DNA of 64,000 nucleotides, taken from the IMG/VR virus record IMGVR_UViG_3300029723_000002, positions 1 to 64,000 of that record. One strand, written 5' to 3'. How positions within the stretch are numbered: position 1 is the first letter of the stretch; each line of letters starts with the position of its first letter. The translations under genes were made by a program, and so were the position numbers. This document shows, piece by piece, positions 1-11,329 of this stretch. This stretch comes from a virus. The notes under the pieces are model-generated. The model ran no database searches, was not told the DNA's origin, and saw nothing but the letters and a program-made list of their open reading frames with translations.

Positions 1-381
1 TACTCTCATTTTTTCTAAGGTTCTATACGCCGTTTTAATAAGACTAAGAATTCTTGAAGAATCTTTTATTTCTTGATACTTTCTACAAGCTGCTCTAAAA
101 TCTGGATCATTTCACTCATCATCTGTTAATCCACTATCTTCTAATGCTGCTAAATGTCTTTCTTGCTCAAGATATTGCTGATAAGGACTTTTTCAATCTA
201 TCATCAGCCATATATACTTAAATTCTTTTCAAGCTCTTAATCTTTTTAAACCCTTTGGGTCCTCTTTGCATTTATTGCGTTCAGGATCTCAAAGGGTTTT
301 AAATTCATTAATTAACAAGATTCCATATTCATTTATGCGTAACGAACCAGTTGCGTTGTCATAAAGAAATATATCTTGCAT
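1..381 (-). CDS. hypothetical protein, 5' part only (gene runs off the window start); 5 in-frame TGA codons
   Basis: Minus-strand translation from ATG (plus 379-381 cat) gives MQDIFLYDNATGSLRINEYGILLINEFKTLWDPERNK...TAYRTLEKMRV with no TAA/TAG down to position 1. TGA is read as W. Not in the ORF track because TGA fragments it. Confidence 0.45.
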
Positions 382-431
382 TATTTTTTCTTGTTAAGTA
401 AACCTCCCAGACGATATATACCTAAATCTTT

Positions 432-1022
432 TCACCTTTGTTGGTAGAATTTATAATCAGGATGATTTTTTCCAACTACTATTTCCAGATCTGGAAGTGG
501 ATTAGAAACTTTAAAGGTAGTGTCTCCTGATGGACGTATATCTCGTTCAGTATACACACCTCCACTATGAACTCGGTCCATTTGTCTTCCCGAAGGAGAC
601 TTAACTCTCTGAAGAGTTCTAGTTCTGCCATCACCTAAGGATGGCAAAGCGGTGTGTGGAGCACGCCAATTAAAAGAATAATTCCAAGGTGTTAGAAGTC
701 ATTTTGACCAGGTTTTTACGCCGTCTTGACCTTTTATAATCTTAGCATTCTTTTTATTACATCCACAATCAGAAGTTTTACCTCCTTTTTTGTAACAGTT
801 TACTAAATAAGCTAATTTACCGCCTTTTTTAAAAAGCTCTGATTTAGGAGCTTCCGTTTCAGTTTTAAATTCTTCCATTAATCGACTTATTTCATTCATT
901 CCTTCTTTCGTTTTAGAGATTTGGTTTAAAGCAGAAACAATTTCTTCTGGAGATTTACCTTCTAATTCCTTTATTTTGGTCGGTAACCACTCAATAAAAG
1001 CTTTAAGCTCTTGTTCTTCCAT
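432..1022 (-). CDS. hypothetical protein; track ORFs 432..647 and 699..1022 fused across an in-frame TGA at 699-701
   Basis: The two track ORFs are in the same frame and separated only by TGA. Codons 648-698 were checked and contain no TAA/TAG. The real stop TAA at 1053-1055 separates this gene from the upstream gene. Confidence 0.5.
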
Positions 1023-1052
1023 ATTATATTGAATTATTTGACTTATTATTTA

Positions 1053-1340
1053 TTACTTGAAAAACTTAGGATCACAAGATCTAAAGTTCTTTTCAAGTTC
1101 TGTTAGTTTACCATCAAAGTGAATTAAATCTTTAGTTGAAAAAACAGCTTCTTGTAGATCCATATTAGTATTAAACCATCTACATTTAATTCCTTTAAAC
1201 ACATTATTTAATTCATCATTATGTTTAAAAGTTTTTGTAACTTTTTCAACTACATACATAATAGGAGCATTTAATTGTACATGTTTTAATGTTACAATAT
1301 CTCCTGGTTTAAAAAATGTTTTTTCAATTTCTTCAATCAT
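1053..1340 (-). CDS. hypothetical protein (95 aa)
   Basis: Track ORF. Its stop/start is tightly coupled to the neighbouring gene. Confidence 0.45.
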   Translation of the reverse strand: MIEEIEKTFFKPGDIVTLKHVQLNAPIMYVVEKVTKTFKHNDELNNVFKGIKCRWFNTNMDLQEAVFSTKDLIHFDGKLTELEKNFRSCDPKFFK

Positions 1341-1341
1341 A

Positions 1342-1863
1342 CTATTTATCTTTTTCTAATACTCGACATATAACATTTTGCTCACTTAGAGCATAATAGC
1401 CTCTAGTGTCAAACGGCACTGGGACGGCAGTGTTTCTATAATATATATCTTCGCCAACCTTAACATATTTACATTCAGGTCCAACTGATATAACATGACC
1501 ACATGCAATAAATTCTTCTGCATCTTCCTGTTCGCCACTTTCGTGTGATTTATATGTTCGATTAACATCAAATCCTCCAATTAATAAACCAGATGCTGAG
1601 GTTTTTAACTTTCTATAAGGATTTTTATTATATGGTTTTAAAATAATAGTATATCCTGTGGCTGCTAAATATTTATTATCACAGTTTTTTGCACCCTCAT
1701 TAAGTTCTACTAACCTAGCAGCTAAAGCGAGTTGCTCTTGTTCTTCTTGTTGTTTTAAGGTTTCTAATTCTTCTTTTGTAGGTTCAGTATTGTTTTTGAG
1801 ACCAATGCCCATATAATGGGTTCCTACGGCTTCCATGTGTGTGTTTCCTAAAATATTACTCAT
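1342..1863 (-). CDS. GroES-like co-chaperonin (Hsp10/phage gp31-like), tentative
   Basis: The pattern ILKPYNK...SGLLIGG...HESGE...GHVISVG...VKVGEDIYY...ICRV resembles the GroES mobile-loop and beta-barrel signature. Judged by eye only. Confidence 0.4.
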   Translation of the reverse strand: MSNILGNTHMEAVGTHYMGIGLKNNTEPTKEELETLKQQEEQEQLALAARLVELNEGAKNCDNKYLAATGYTIILKPYNKNPYRKLKTSASGLLIGGFDVNRTYKSHESGEQEDAEEFIACGHVISVGPECKYVKVGEDIYYRNTAVPVPFDTRGYYALSEQNVICRVLEKDK

Positions 1864-1890
1864 AATTCATAAACATTAAATTAAACATTA

Positions 1891-2160
1891 TCATAAATTT
1901 ATAATACAGTGTGCATTTTGCACTCTGGTCTTCGCGCTGATCCTGCATCCGCAGCCTCTTGTAAATCCCAATTTTGGTTTGTCTGAAACTTCTTTATCTT
2001 TATTAATATATAAATTAGGATTACAAATTGCACCAATTGGTCCCTCCTTATATAAGGGACAGGTTTTACAGATTTTTAATCTTTGTTCTGATAAAGATTC
2101 ATTTCTTCCTAAAACTTCATTAACATGACCATTAATTATATCTCCTACCTTCATACTCAT
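1891..2160 (-). CDS. small Cys-rich (zinc-ribbon-like) protein
   Basis: Track ORF with CKTCP...CGCRIS cysteine pairs. Confidence 0.4.
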   Translation of the reverse strand: MSMKVGDIINGHVNEVLGRNESLSEQRLKICKTCPLYKEGPIGAICNPNLYINKDKEVSDKPKLGFTRGCGCRISAKTRVQNAHCIINL

Positions 2161-3101
2161 TAAAATTTAATAGGTTTATCTCTATCTAGTTCTGTTTTGA
2201 TTTTTATCGATCTCTTATAATGCTTTAACATTCTCTCTACATCATCTTTAAGATATTCACATTTATATTCAGTAACTTTATTATTATGATCAGTGTGAAC
2301 TATCCTTAATGATTTAATTTTAAATTTTGGATTTATTTGTTTAAGTAAATAAGCGTATAACGACAACTGTAAAGAATAATGATAAAAATTACAATCCATT
2401 AAATTATTTAATGGAAATTTCATAGTTTGATATTTACGAGTCGTTTTATCAAAATAAGATTTTTGTTTTATTTCTCTATTAGTCTTGTAGTCAACAATAT
2501 AGACGTCATTCCCATCAATAATCAACAGATCTATTTGACCTGCAATACGTAATAATCCATCCTTTGACTTTACACTAATTAAGTATTCAGGATACACTCC
2601 TCTTGGCAGATCAAGTTTATAGTAACCTTTTTTACAAGTAAATTTTCCTCCTAGTCCAAATTTTTTTAAATCCTGTTCTTCTGATTTATAAAATTGATTT
2701 TCGTATTCAGCATGTATTTTAGTCCCTCTTTCACAAGATTTATTTTTTTCATCTTCATATCCCTGAAGGATTTCAGCTCGTTTGTCTTCAAAGACAACTG
2801 GATCTAGTCCCAACTTCTCTATAAGACTCGGATCTCATCTTTTTGTTGTTAATAAAACAGGCTTTAATGATGAAAAAATTTCAGGCTTTAGCAATGCTTC
2901 AGCAGCTTTATATGCTGATCAAAATGCTGAGTCAAATGGGTTAGTATAATTATGTATCAACGTAGTAACTGATACATAAGGAATATTATCTTGCTTATCT
3001 ATGTAGATATGTTTATCATCAGAATAAATAACATTATCATCCTCTTTATCTACCTTATAACCATTAACATATTTTACTTTTGCATTATCTAATTTAGGCA
3101 T
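2160..3101 (-). CDS. PD-(D/E)XK family nuclease (RecB/Cas4-like) with 2 in-frame TGA
   Basis: Motif GQIDLLIIDGNDVYIVDYKT (D...D/E-x-K). Track ORFs 2160..2813 and 2919..3101 are in the same frame and were joined through TGA at 2919-2921 and 2835-2837. Intervening codons were checked and contain no TAA/TAG. The start is ATG at 3099-3101. Confidence 0.55.
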
Positions 3102-3126
3102 ATTAATTTCGTTGTATTAAATATTT

Positions 3127-3735
3127 TATTTCACCGCTATCTGTATATAAACGTTGTACAATAGTTTCGACATCTATATCTTTGGGTATAGAAGCTCAAG
3201 TAACACCAAAAATTCCAATATCTTTTCCTGTATTATCCTTAATAAGAATACAAGCTAAATAAGCAACATTATTTTTAGCTAGTTGCTCATATAATACTCT
3301 ATCATACTTCTGTAATTCGTTTAAATCTCCCACAAATAAGTTATGATCCTTAAGATAATAAGGAAGATTTAGTCATGTTAAATTAAAATCATTGTATTGA
3401 GTTTGAACTGGTTCTAAATTAGAACGAGTTAACTCAAATCTCATTGTTCCATGTTGTCAGTCCATAATCCCATTATGGTACTGAATTATTCAAACGCGGT
3501 CTGCTCTATATTTATAGAGATATGTTGGAAGATTATTTTTAATTTGGCGATCTAATTCTGCTCTTTCATGTAGTTCAATATCGTGTTTTTCTATTACAAA
3601 CTTATTATACCTTTCAAATATATATTCAGGATCAAAACAAAGCCGTAAAGAAAAACTTAATATTATTAATAACATTGTAGCTTTAATAATATTAAACACT
3701 CCATATTGTTTTATATAATTTAAGAGAGTTCCCAA
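3127..3735 (-). CDS. hypothetical protein, about 202 aa, 4 in-frame TGA
   Basis: Track ORF 3490..3735 ends at TGA. Codon-by-codon extension continues to TAA at 3127-3129 (...LYTDAGE*). Confidence 0.45.
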
Positions 3736-3923
3736 TCAAGAGAGGCCAGAATCAATATTAGGTTGTTTTTTCATTATTATAAGTAATCATATTGTTAATC
3801 AATTTAATACTAATCGCAAATATACAACATATATAGCTATTATCCAAATAATTTAAATGTTTATTTGCAAATGAGTTATAGATTGGTTATCTTTGCATAA
3901 TAACAATTATAAATATATTTATT

Positions 3924-4199
3924 ATGAGATACAATAACGATATTTTAAACAAAATAATTTCTACAACATCAGAAAAAGTAGACAACAAAACTCATCTAGA
4001 TAATATTATGAATGGTTATCTAGAAATGATGAAGAAAGGCAGTAAAATTCATATCAAGAAAGCTAATCGTGGAAAATTTACTGCTTACTGTAAAGGAAAA
4101 GTGACCTCAGAATGTATTACAAAAGGTAAAAATTCTCCTGATCCTAAAGTTAGAAAGATGGCTACATTTGCTGCCAACAGTCGTAAGTGACATAAATAA
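3924..4199 (+). CDS. small basic protein
   Basis: Track ORF 3924..4190 ends at TGA. Readthrough adds WHK, then TAA at 4197-4199. Confidence 0.4.
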
Positions 4200-4450
4200 T
4201 GAAAAATAACTTCTTTATTAAGATGTTTACGGCACATTCAGGTTTATCAAGTAAACGAGTGTGTGGATTTATTGGATGGATAGTATGTCTTTTTATTTGT
4301 ATATGATGCACGATATATACTATTCAAGCACCTATAATTGCTGATACTTTATTTATCTGTAGTGCTGCTTTATTAGGAGTAGATGCTGTTATGAGACCTT
4401 TTTATAAACACAAAAACCAAAATGACAAAGAAGATAGTAAAGATTCTTAG
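4199..4450 (+). CDS. small hydrophobic membrane protein (holin candidate), 1 in-frame TGA
   Basis: ATG overlaps the upstream TAA. MKNNFFIKMF...GFIGWIVCLFICIW... Two hydrophobic segments. Stop is TAG at 4448-4450. It sits immediately upstream of the endolysin. Confidence 0.4.
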
Positions 4451-4559
4451 ATGAATTTGAGAATTTCCACAATGTCTACTAGGTATAGTTCTTATAAACT
4501 TATATAAAGCTCAGTATATTAGTACTTATAAGAAAATAGATTTCTATATTACAGATAGA

Positions 4560-4808
4560 ATGAAAGGTGGTATATCATGTGGTCTTTATGTAATACTACA
4601 TAAAGAATTATATGCTAATAAAAATAATATTCTGCATGAATGAGGTCATACTAAACAATCATTATATTTTGGATGATTATATCTTCCAATCATTGGATTA
4701 CGTAGTGGTGTACATGCACTAGTGCATAGTAAAGTCTGTAATAAACTACAGAAATATACTCATTATTGAACAGAAAAGTGGGCAGATAAATTAGGAGGAA
4801 TTAAATAA
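4560..4808 (+). CDS. small protein with 3 in-frame TGA (lysis-cassette member, function unknown)
   Basis: MKGGISCGLYVILHKELYANKNNILHEW... The stop TAA at 4806-4808 overlaps the ATG of the next gene. Confidence 0.35.
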
Positions 4809-5245
4809 TGTTAGCTAATAAATATTTTGATGTTAAAGAATTAGTTCCTAAAGAAGTATATGAGGAACTTGGAGATCAAGGATCTCTAAATTTATTAAAT
4901 CCTATTGCATTAAAAGCCTTAGAAGAGGTTAGAGAAATATTGGGTGTCCCATTAATTTGTAATAACTGAGCAGCTGGTGGCTCAAGAAATTATTGTGGAT
5001 ACCGACAAGAAAATTGCCCTATTGGAGCTAAAGCAAGCCAACACAAAAGAGGTAATGCATTTGACTTAATATGTAAAAGTAAATCAGCAAGACTTATGAG
5101 ATATGAACTTGAACAGAATAAATCTAGATTAACATATCCAATTAGAATAGAAAAATGAGATCAAAAAGGCAATGAAACAACGTGATTACATATTGATACA
5201 AAGAGTTTTACAGGAAATGGTAAAATTTATTTCTTCAGGGCGTAA
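4808..5245 (+). CDS. peptidase M15 family (zinc D-Ala-D-Ala carboxypeptidase-like) endolysin, 3 in-frame TGA
   Basis: The sequence NNW AAGGSRNYCGYRQENCPIGAKASQHKRGNAFDLI matches the Peptidase_M15 signature (G-G-x-R...S-x-H...G-x-A-x-D). The reading frame was checked through to TAA at 5243-5245. Confidence 0.65.
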
Positions 5246-5391
5246 ATATATCTGTAGAATATTAGGATGATTATTCTTATTCCTATTTATTTTTACTGTA
5301 AATTTATATTATTTAATTCCAATTAGTTGTTTAGTAATATCATTAGTATTTACTATCTTAGATGAATTAACACGTTTTAATGATAAAAATG

Positions 5392-5425
5392 AAAAAGGCA
5401 GTCAATAAGACTGCCTTTTGTTTTT
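5392..5425 (+). terminator. rho-independent terminator after the lysis cassette
   Basis: aaaaaggcagtc-aataa-gactgcctttt stem-loop followed by ttttgttttt. Confidence 0.6.
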
Positions 5426-5537
5426 ACTTATAATATAGATTCTTAAACTCATTTCATAGTTCTCATTGTCTCTGTGAAGCCTCTTTCTCTCAAGGTCTAC
5501 TTGCATAAGACTGTAAAGGAATCTGTTTCTTTCCTTT

Positions 5538-5978
5538 TCAAATAAAGTATAGTTTATTATCTTTTTCTTCCATTACTAAATCCCCTCTTTCATTCTGATC
5601 AAAATGAACCATTTCGTGACATATAATGGATTCTAAAGAGACTCCAGGATCTTCTCTTATAATTAAACTATAAGTGTGAGGAACTATGTTTTTATATAAA
5701 ATAGCTTGTAATTCTATATCCTTAGTTGAATATTTATTTAATATGCTATTATTAGAATATATTGTTATATTAGCTGTATCATACCCCATTATTTTATTTC
5801 CAATAACTTTCACTAAGTCAGTAATATCATAATCTCTTGGAGATTCAATAAGACTAGTTACTTGAAAGGTTTCAGGAAAGGTAAATGTATTTCTTTCTTT
5901 TTTCTTACTCATTAGTAGTATTATTAATATAATAAACAATATACCAATGATTATTAAAGGTATATATCAAGTTTTCAT
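5538..5978 (-). CDS. HExxH zinc metallopeptidase-like protein with N-terminal membrane anchor; 1 in-frame TGA near the N-terminus
   Basis: Track ORF 5538..5939 contains IICHEMVHF. In-frame upstream extension through TGA reaches ATG (plus cat 5976-5978): MKTW YIPLIIIGILFIILIILLMSKKK... Confidence 0.5.
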
Positions 5979-8200
5979 TATGGCCTCCTATAATTCATTC
6001 ATTTTGTTTGAAACTCTGGGAGATCTTTATTTATAGATTGTTCATATGGCATAGTTCCATCAATTAATCCTCGAATATAACCATATCTTAATCAATTTCC
6101 TCTTAATGTGTCTTTATTAAAGACTGTTTGTTCAGTAATTCATCGATTAACTAGATTCGGATCATTGTAATCAGAGTATTCCGAAAGTAAATTTAATGTA
6201 CCTCCAATTTTTGCTCCCATATATTTTAGGTGTAATAATGCTGATTGAAAATTTTCAGGAAGCTTATTTACATCTACATTATATTTTGCAGCAGTATCTT
6301 TTACTACTTGCCATTCACTGTCTACAGCTAACTTATCAATAAATTTAATATCATCTAATGATAACTCATTTTTTAAAGATCTCTCATAGATATCTGGAGC
6401 TTTCTCTTTAAGTAGTTTATCACTAACCCCATGACCAATCAGCATTAATCCATTTTTCGCATAATTCGGATCTTTATATCACGACAAATGCCTTTTTATG
6501 CCCTCAAATGATCCTATTTGTTGCTGAACAATATCTAAATCTAAATTTGAATAAGTTTTTGGAGCTTGTCAGTTTTTATTAGCTCTATCAAACGATTTTT
6601 GTTTTGGAGGTTCTATTGATGGAATAAATTTACCACTGTTCTGAAATTTAGGAATAATACCTCCTAATTTGGCACTTTTAACGTTATCGTTTTTCTTTAC
6701 AGGAGCCTTTGCTACATCATTTAATAAGAATAATAAAAAATCATCATTGTATCTATTAAATAAATCAGGATCTCCCTCTGATTTATAATGACGAAACATA
6801 GTAGCATCTTCTAAATGCCAATCTTTAGTAGATCCAGGATAAATCGAAAAATCAATTTTATCAACTACTTTAGCTACTTTCTTACCTGTATTGTTATTTT
6901 TAAAAGTATATCCATATTGTATTTTTTGAGTCTGTTTATCTCTAAACTCCTCAATTTCTTTCTCAGTAAAGACATGTGTGGGATCAATATTATGCTGTCT
7001 TCTAAATTGCATTAACCTAGAATAAATCTCAGCAGGATTATCTAAATAATCATCCTGAGAAACATGTATAGTGTGAATAGGTCTACGTTTCTCGTATTCT
7101 TTAATAGTGTCGATTATAAAATAAGGATTCGTAGAATGAGCTAATTCATGAGCTGCTATTTCACTTACAGGTACTTTACTATTAGCTTTTACAACTAAAT
7201 AGTGATCCTCTGGATTATAAAAACCTTCTTTATTTTCCATAAGCTTATCAGAAATATCGTACCTAAGTAACTTACCCAGAGGACCATTGACAACTTGTTT
7301 ATACTCTTCTTGTTCCTCGGGACCAGAGTTATATAAATATGTATCAACAGAAGTTAATCTGTCATTTAATCAATGGTATCCTAATGTTTTACTCTGTAAT
7401 CATTTTGGAAGTGATGACCGCTCTCATAGATTTTTATTAATAATATGTCTTCTTTTATTATACCAGTTAGTCATTCATTCTTGAGTCGACTCAATGTCTT
7501 CTCGATCTGTTCAGCGATCCTTAATTCTTCCACCTTCTTGTAACTTTTTTAGAATACCTCCTAGTTTAGAATTTTGTATCATCTTGTGTAATACAGACTG
7601 ATACTTAGGATCAGTAGCATAACCACCTCGTGCTACTCTAGATGCAAAATCATTCACAGATCCAGAAAATGCTCTATATCTCTTATTATTTAATAAGTTA
7701 ATCTTATAATTAGCATAATCTTCTAAAGAAGAAAAATCCTTAAATTCCTGATTTAATCTTATATCCTTACCATTAATAACTTCTCGTGTGCTAGCAACAG
7801 TACCTTTACCTTTGATCCCTCCAAAATTGAATAATCCAGAAGGCTTTTTACCTCAAGCTGATTCCAACCCATCTTGTGCTACTAAAGCCTTAGCAAATGT
7901 GGGATTTAATCCTTTTTGCCTTAGTAACCTTTCATATATAGGAGTCATTATTGATTTAAACTCTTCCTTAGAAGTAAATTTTTTAATCGGTTTCTTAACT
8001 AAAGACTGATATTCTTCTATGGGAGTTTCTTGTATACTTAAATCAATAGAAGACTCAACTGAATTTTCTTCTGGAATATCAGAAGCTTCTTTAGTAACTA
8101 AATATTTAGGAGTATATTCAGATACAGGAACAGGTCTGGATAAAGAATAGTCTGTATTAAAGCTGTCCTCTCGTATATAAGGTCTATATGTTATATCCAT
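5978..8200 (-). CDS. large virion-associated peptidoglycan hydrolase: N-terminal FlgJ-type glucosaminidase domain plus HExxH metallopeptidase-like domain; 741 codons with about 11 in-frame TGA
   Basis: Track ORFs 7853..8200, 6569..7240 and 6140..6445 are all in one frame. Every codon between them was translated and no TAA/TAG was found from the ATG (8198-8200, preceded by in-frame TAA at 8219-8221) to TAA at 5978-5980. The N-terminal stretch ...AQDGLESA W GKKPSGLFNFGGIKG...YRAFSGSVNDFASRVARGGYATDPKY matches the Glucosaminidase (PF01832-like) ESGWG...NN[LF]FGIK...YATDP pattern. The middle carries HELAH. Confidence 0.6.
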
Positions 8201-8261
8201 AATAATGTAGTTTATTAATTATCTTGCAAATATAATAATTAATAAACAGTATTGCAAATAA

Positions 8262-8540
8262 TTATATTATCTCAATAGTGTGAATTTTATTCAATTTTTC
8301 AAGTTCGACAATTCTTGTGTTAAGATTAGTAATATGAGATTCTTGCAAGTCTATTTTATTTTGTAAATAAGTAATCTGATCTTTTAAAGTCTTAAGCTCT
8401 TGTAAAACTTTTGATAAATCGATGGAAAGGGTTAGCTCATTTTTAATAGGATGTGTAGTTGTATCATAATAATAACTTGGAGTACTATAAGGATTCGAAG
8501 AATCTGAAAATAAATCTCCAATGTAACTGGTAGTAGTCAT
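8262..8540 (-). CDS. coiled-coil protein
   Basis: Track ORF with heptad-like LQELKTLKDQITYLQNKIDLQESHITNLNTRIVELEKL. Confidence 0.4.
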   Translation of the reverse strand: MTTTSYIGDLFSDSSNPYSTPSYYYDTTTHPIKNELTLSIDLSKVLQELKTLKDQITYLQNKIDLQESHITNLNTRIVELEKLNKIHTIEII

Positions 8541-8543
8541 ATA

Positions 8544-9287
8544 TTAAAAGTTAAATTTATGTAAATCTTGATTCTGTCGAAGAAGTTTCTCATTTTCTCT
8601 TTTTAATGCTAAAATTTCCTTCTTTAACATCTTAATATCTTCTGTATGTCTTTCTAATTGCTCTGTATGTTCATCAACCTTTTTATTAATGAATAATACA
8701 GCTTGACAAACTAAAGCTAAATCAACAAGCTTTGCAGTTTTTCTAAGTCCTGTAATCTTATCAAAAGCACTAGTCCTATTAGTAATTAATATACCTTTAT
8801 CTTCCAATTGTCTAAAGATCCTGGATAATACTTTAACACTCATATCCATCTTATCTGCTAACTCTCGATTAGAAGCTAAGGTAACCGCATACTTTCCATC
8901 AGATTTATTTGTATACTGTTGCATAGCTAATAACACTCCTTTTTCTTCTGGGGTAGTATTATCAGCTTCTAAAAATTCATAAGTAAATCGTTCAAAATAT
9001 TTACCTGTTTTTTGAATTTCATAAATATTACTTCTACCACGCTTCTTATCTAGTAATTTAATCTCTCCAGCATCTTGTAATTTTTTAATACTTGATTGTA
9101 CCGTGTTAACTGACACTCGTGCAAGATCAGCTAAAAACCTAAAAGATACGAAAGTCTGAAATGTATTTTTGTCCATGTACTTTCGCATATAACCATAAAT
9201 CAAATAATCTGTGGGACTCATTTTAATCTCTTTTGTGCTGCCCAGATTTCTAGGAACTTGAATGTGTTGTACATTTTTATTATCCAT
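8544..9287 (-). CDS. winged-HTH DNA-binding protein, replication initiator/regulator-like
   Basis: Track ORF. The N-terminal segment FLADLARVSVNTVQSSIKKLQDAGEI and a second ADKMDMSVKVLSRIFRQLEDKGIL look like two wHTH units as in Rep or transcription-regulator proteins. The gene lies next to iteron-like repeats. Confidence 0.4.
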   Translation of the reverse strand: MDNKNVQHIQVPRNLGSTKEIKMSPTDYLIYGYMRKYMDKNTFQTFVSFRFLADLARVSVNTVQSSIKKLQDAGEIKLLDKKRGRSNIYEIQKTGKYFERFTYEFLEADNTTPEEKGVLLAMQQYTNKSDGKYAVTLASNRELADKMDMSVKVLSRIFRQLEDKGILITNRTSAFDKITGLRKTAKLVDLALVCQAVLFINKKVDEHTEQLERHTEDIKMLKKEILALKRENEKLLRQNQDLHKFNF

Positions 9288-9391
9288 AATATGTTTTTAG
9301 TTTTATTTACAAATATAATAAAAACTATTTGTTGTATCAAATCTTTATATAACTTTTTAACAAAATGACAAGAATATCTTATAAAGTTAGT

Positions 9392-9487
9392 ATCCCGTAG
9401 AGATACACTTGTGTCTCCTAGAGATACACTATGAAAAAATTACTATCCCTCAGAGATACACTTACTATCCCGTAGAGATACATATCT
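9392..9487. repeat. four direct iteron-like repeats, TATCCC(G/T)(T/C)AGAGATACA(C/T), spaced 21-32 bp
   Basis: Repeat cores AGAGATACAC/T start at 9399, 9420, 9452 and 9474. Copies 1, 3 and 4 share an 18-nt unit. A short inverted repeat ttaagtcttcagacttaa follows at 9525-9545. The array lies in the intergenic region upstream of the Rep-like gene 8544..9287. Confidence 0.55.
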
Positions 9488-9558
9488 ATAGTACTATATA
9501 TCCTCCTGGGGTCGGATAGATCTAGAGTTAAGTCTTCAGACTTAAACAACGCTGAGTT

Positions 9559-10443
9559 TTAGAAGTTATTTAAATTATTATAGATTTGAGTAATTATCAT
9601 CTTAAATTGTTCAATCGATAAATTATTTTTCATCATATTAACAATTAATGTACAAATATATACATTGCCCTTAATATATCCTTTAGAAGAATCAATTCTA
9701 TCTATTGTGGGATATGTTAACTTGTCTCTAAAATTGTTTTTAAATTCAGTGCCGCTGTATATACATTTATTATCTTGTTTATCTAATAATTCTCTAATGT
9801 ATTTAATGTCTAAATTATATTCATAGCCTTGGCTTTGGGCATTTTGTTTGCTCCTTTTATATAATCTTTCTTCTAAAGGTATTATGTCACGTAAATGTTT
9901 GTTATAACAGTCTATACATATAGACTTTGATGTATTAAACTTTTTAACGTCAGATTCACCACAGTAAATACATTTTGGTTCTGTTTTACTTGATCTGTTA
10001 TATATCTTATATCCCTTGTCATCCTTTTCTAAATGAGCATTAGACTCAATCGTTTTCTTAACATAAGATATTCCTCCCAAAAGTTGGTTTCTAGTATATC
10101 CTTGATTTTCAATTTTCTTATCCTTAACAGTGTTATAGGTTACTACTTCACCTCATTCTGTAAGTTGATCTAATAATTCGATTAAGTATTCTTTAGATCT
10201 TATATCTAAATTCTCTTCTCAAATAAAATTTGGACAGTCTAATACTTTATTAATTTTAATGTGTTTTGCATAACCATTGGTAGTGCAATCTTCAATTAAT
10301 TTCATACGTTGAAGTTCTTTTATGCTGTTTTTAAAAAAATCATTTTTAGCAACAGCATTTAAATTGGTAAATGTAAAATCGGCATATCCATCTTTCTCAA
10401 AGGCAGATAATGCCATTAATGCTAATTTTTGTCTCGTTTTCAT
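9559..10443 (-). CDS. HNH homing endonuclease (free-standing), 2 in-frame TGA
   Basis: The C-terminal region has the Cys pairs CIYCG...CIDCYNKH and TIDRIDSSKGYIKGNVYIC (HNH motif). Track ORFs 10219..10443 and 9559..10080 are in the same frame and were joined through TGA at 10219-10221 and 10153-10155. All 46 intervening codons were checked. Confidence 0.6.
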
Positions 10444-10666
10444 AAGTTATTAAATTTATAATTACAAATTTATACAAAATATTTTAGTTTTCCTAATATA
10501 ACCCTCCCCATATAGTATACACATGAGGTTACTCTACATTTTCATCCCCCGCCCCTTTCAAATGGAAAACGCTTTCAATTTTTAAAGAAAAATTCCTAAA
10601 AAATAAAACTGAATTTTGAAAACCAAATCTATCCATTCACTATTTATACCATTAACTTATTACATT

Positions 10667-10960
10667 ATGAAAACAACTCTTGAGTATCTTCAGTCTATAG
10701 CTCCAGAATCTTCTGACATTATTTGTGTTGCTAAGCTTCGTGGCCGAAGAGCTGATCCTAAAGAAGCCTCTCAGATTGTTCGGGAGCGTATTAAACATCG
10801 TATTTCAGTTGTTGAAGACGTTTTAAACGAACTACACAATTGCTGTAAGGCTCTGGACCATACAGAAATTTCCTGCGCAATTATTAATACTGTCGCAGAT
10901 AGGATTGTCAATGATGCTTTTACAAAGCTTATCTGGAGTATAAAAGAAAAAGGAGAGTAA
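10667..10960 (+). CDS. hypothetical protein (first gene of the GC-richer island)
   Basis: Track ORF 10616..10960, trimmed to the first ATG at 10667. Local GC is about 45% against about 29% for the surrounding sequence. Confidence 0.4.
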   Translation: MKTTLEYLQSIAPESSDIICVAKLRGRRADPKEASQIVRERIKHRISVVEDVLNELHNCCKALDHTEISCAIINTVADRIVNDAFTKLIWSIKEKGE

Positions 10961-11027
10961 TCTCTTTCTTTTTTCTACTAAATCTACTATTTGTTACGTA
11001 GATTATAATCTCAAAACTTATTACGTC

Positions 11028-11234
11028 ATGGTACACGTTGCAACTAATTTTGGAGTTATTGAGGCCGAGTCTTATCTTATGGATGACAGTTTCGCAGGTG
11101 ATGACGTACTGTCAATGCTTCTCACTCGTAAACCTATTCGTCAGAAAAATCGCTCTCGTAAAGAGTACAGTAAATCTGCAGCTCGTGCAGCGATGAAGGA
11201 CATGCGTGAAGAAGGCTGGGTAAGGCGTAAATAA
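11028..11234 (+). CDS. small basic protein
   Basis: Track ORF, followed directly by a strong terminator. Confidence 0.4.
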   Translation: MVHVATNFGVIEAESYLMDDSFAGDDVLSMLLTRKPIRQKNRSRKEYSKSAARAAMKDMREEGWVRRK

Positions 11235-11245
11235 CAATCACCACA

Positions 11246-11277
11246 ATCTCTGGAGATAATTTCTCCAGAGATTTTTT
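11246..11277 (+). terminator. rho-independent terminator
   Basis: atctctggaga-taatt-tctccagagat followed by ttttt. Confidence 0.6.
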
Positions 11278-11329
11278 ATATTAACAAAAGCCACAAAAGA
11301 GTGGTTACAACCATAAAAAATATTGCGTT

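Noticed and set aside
6815-8009. Plus-strand track ORFs 6815..7015, 7287..7484 and 7788..8009
   Set aside because: They lie antisense inside the continuous 741-codon minus-strand hydrolase gene (5978..8200), which has clear domain homology. They are shadow ORFs.
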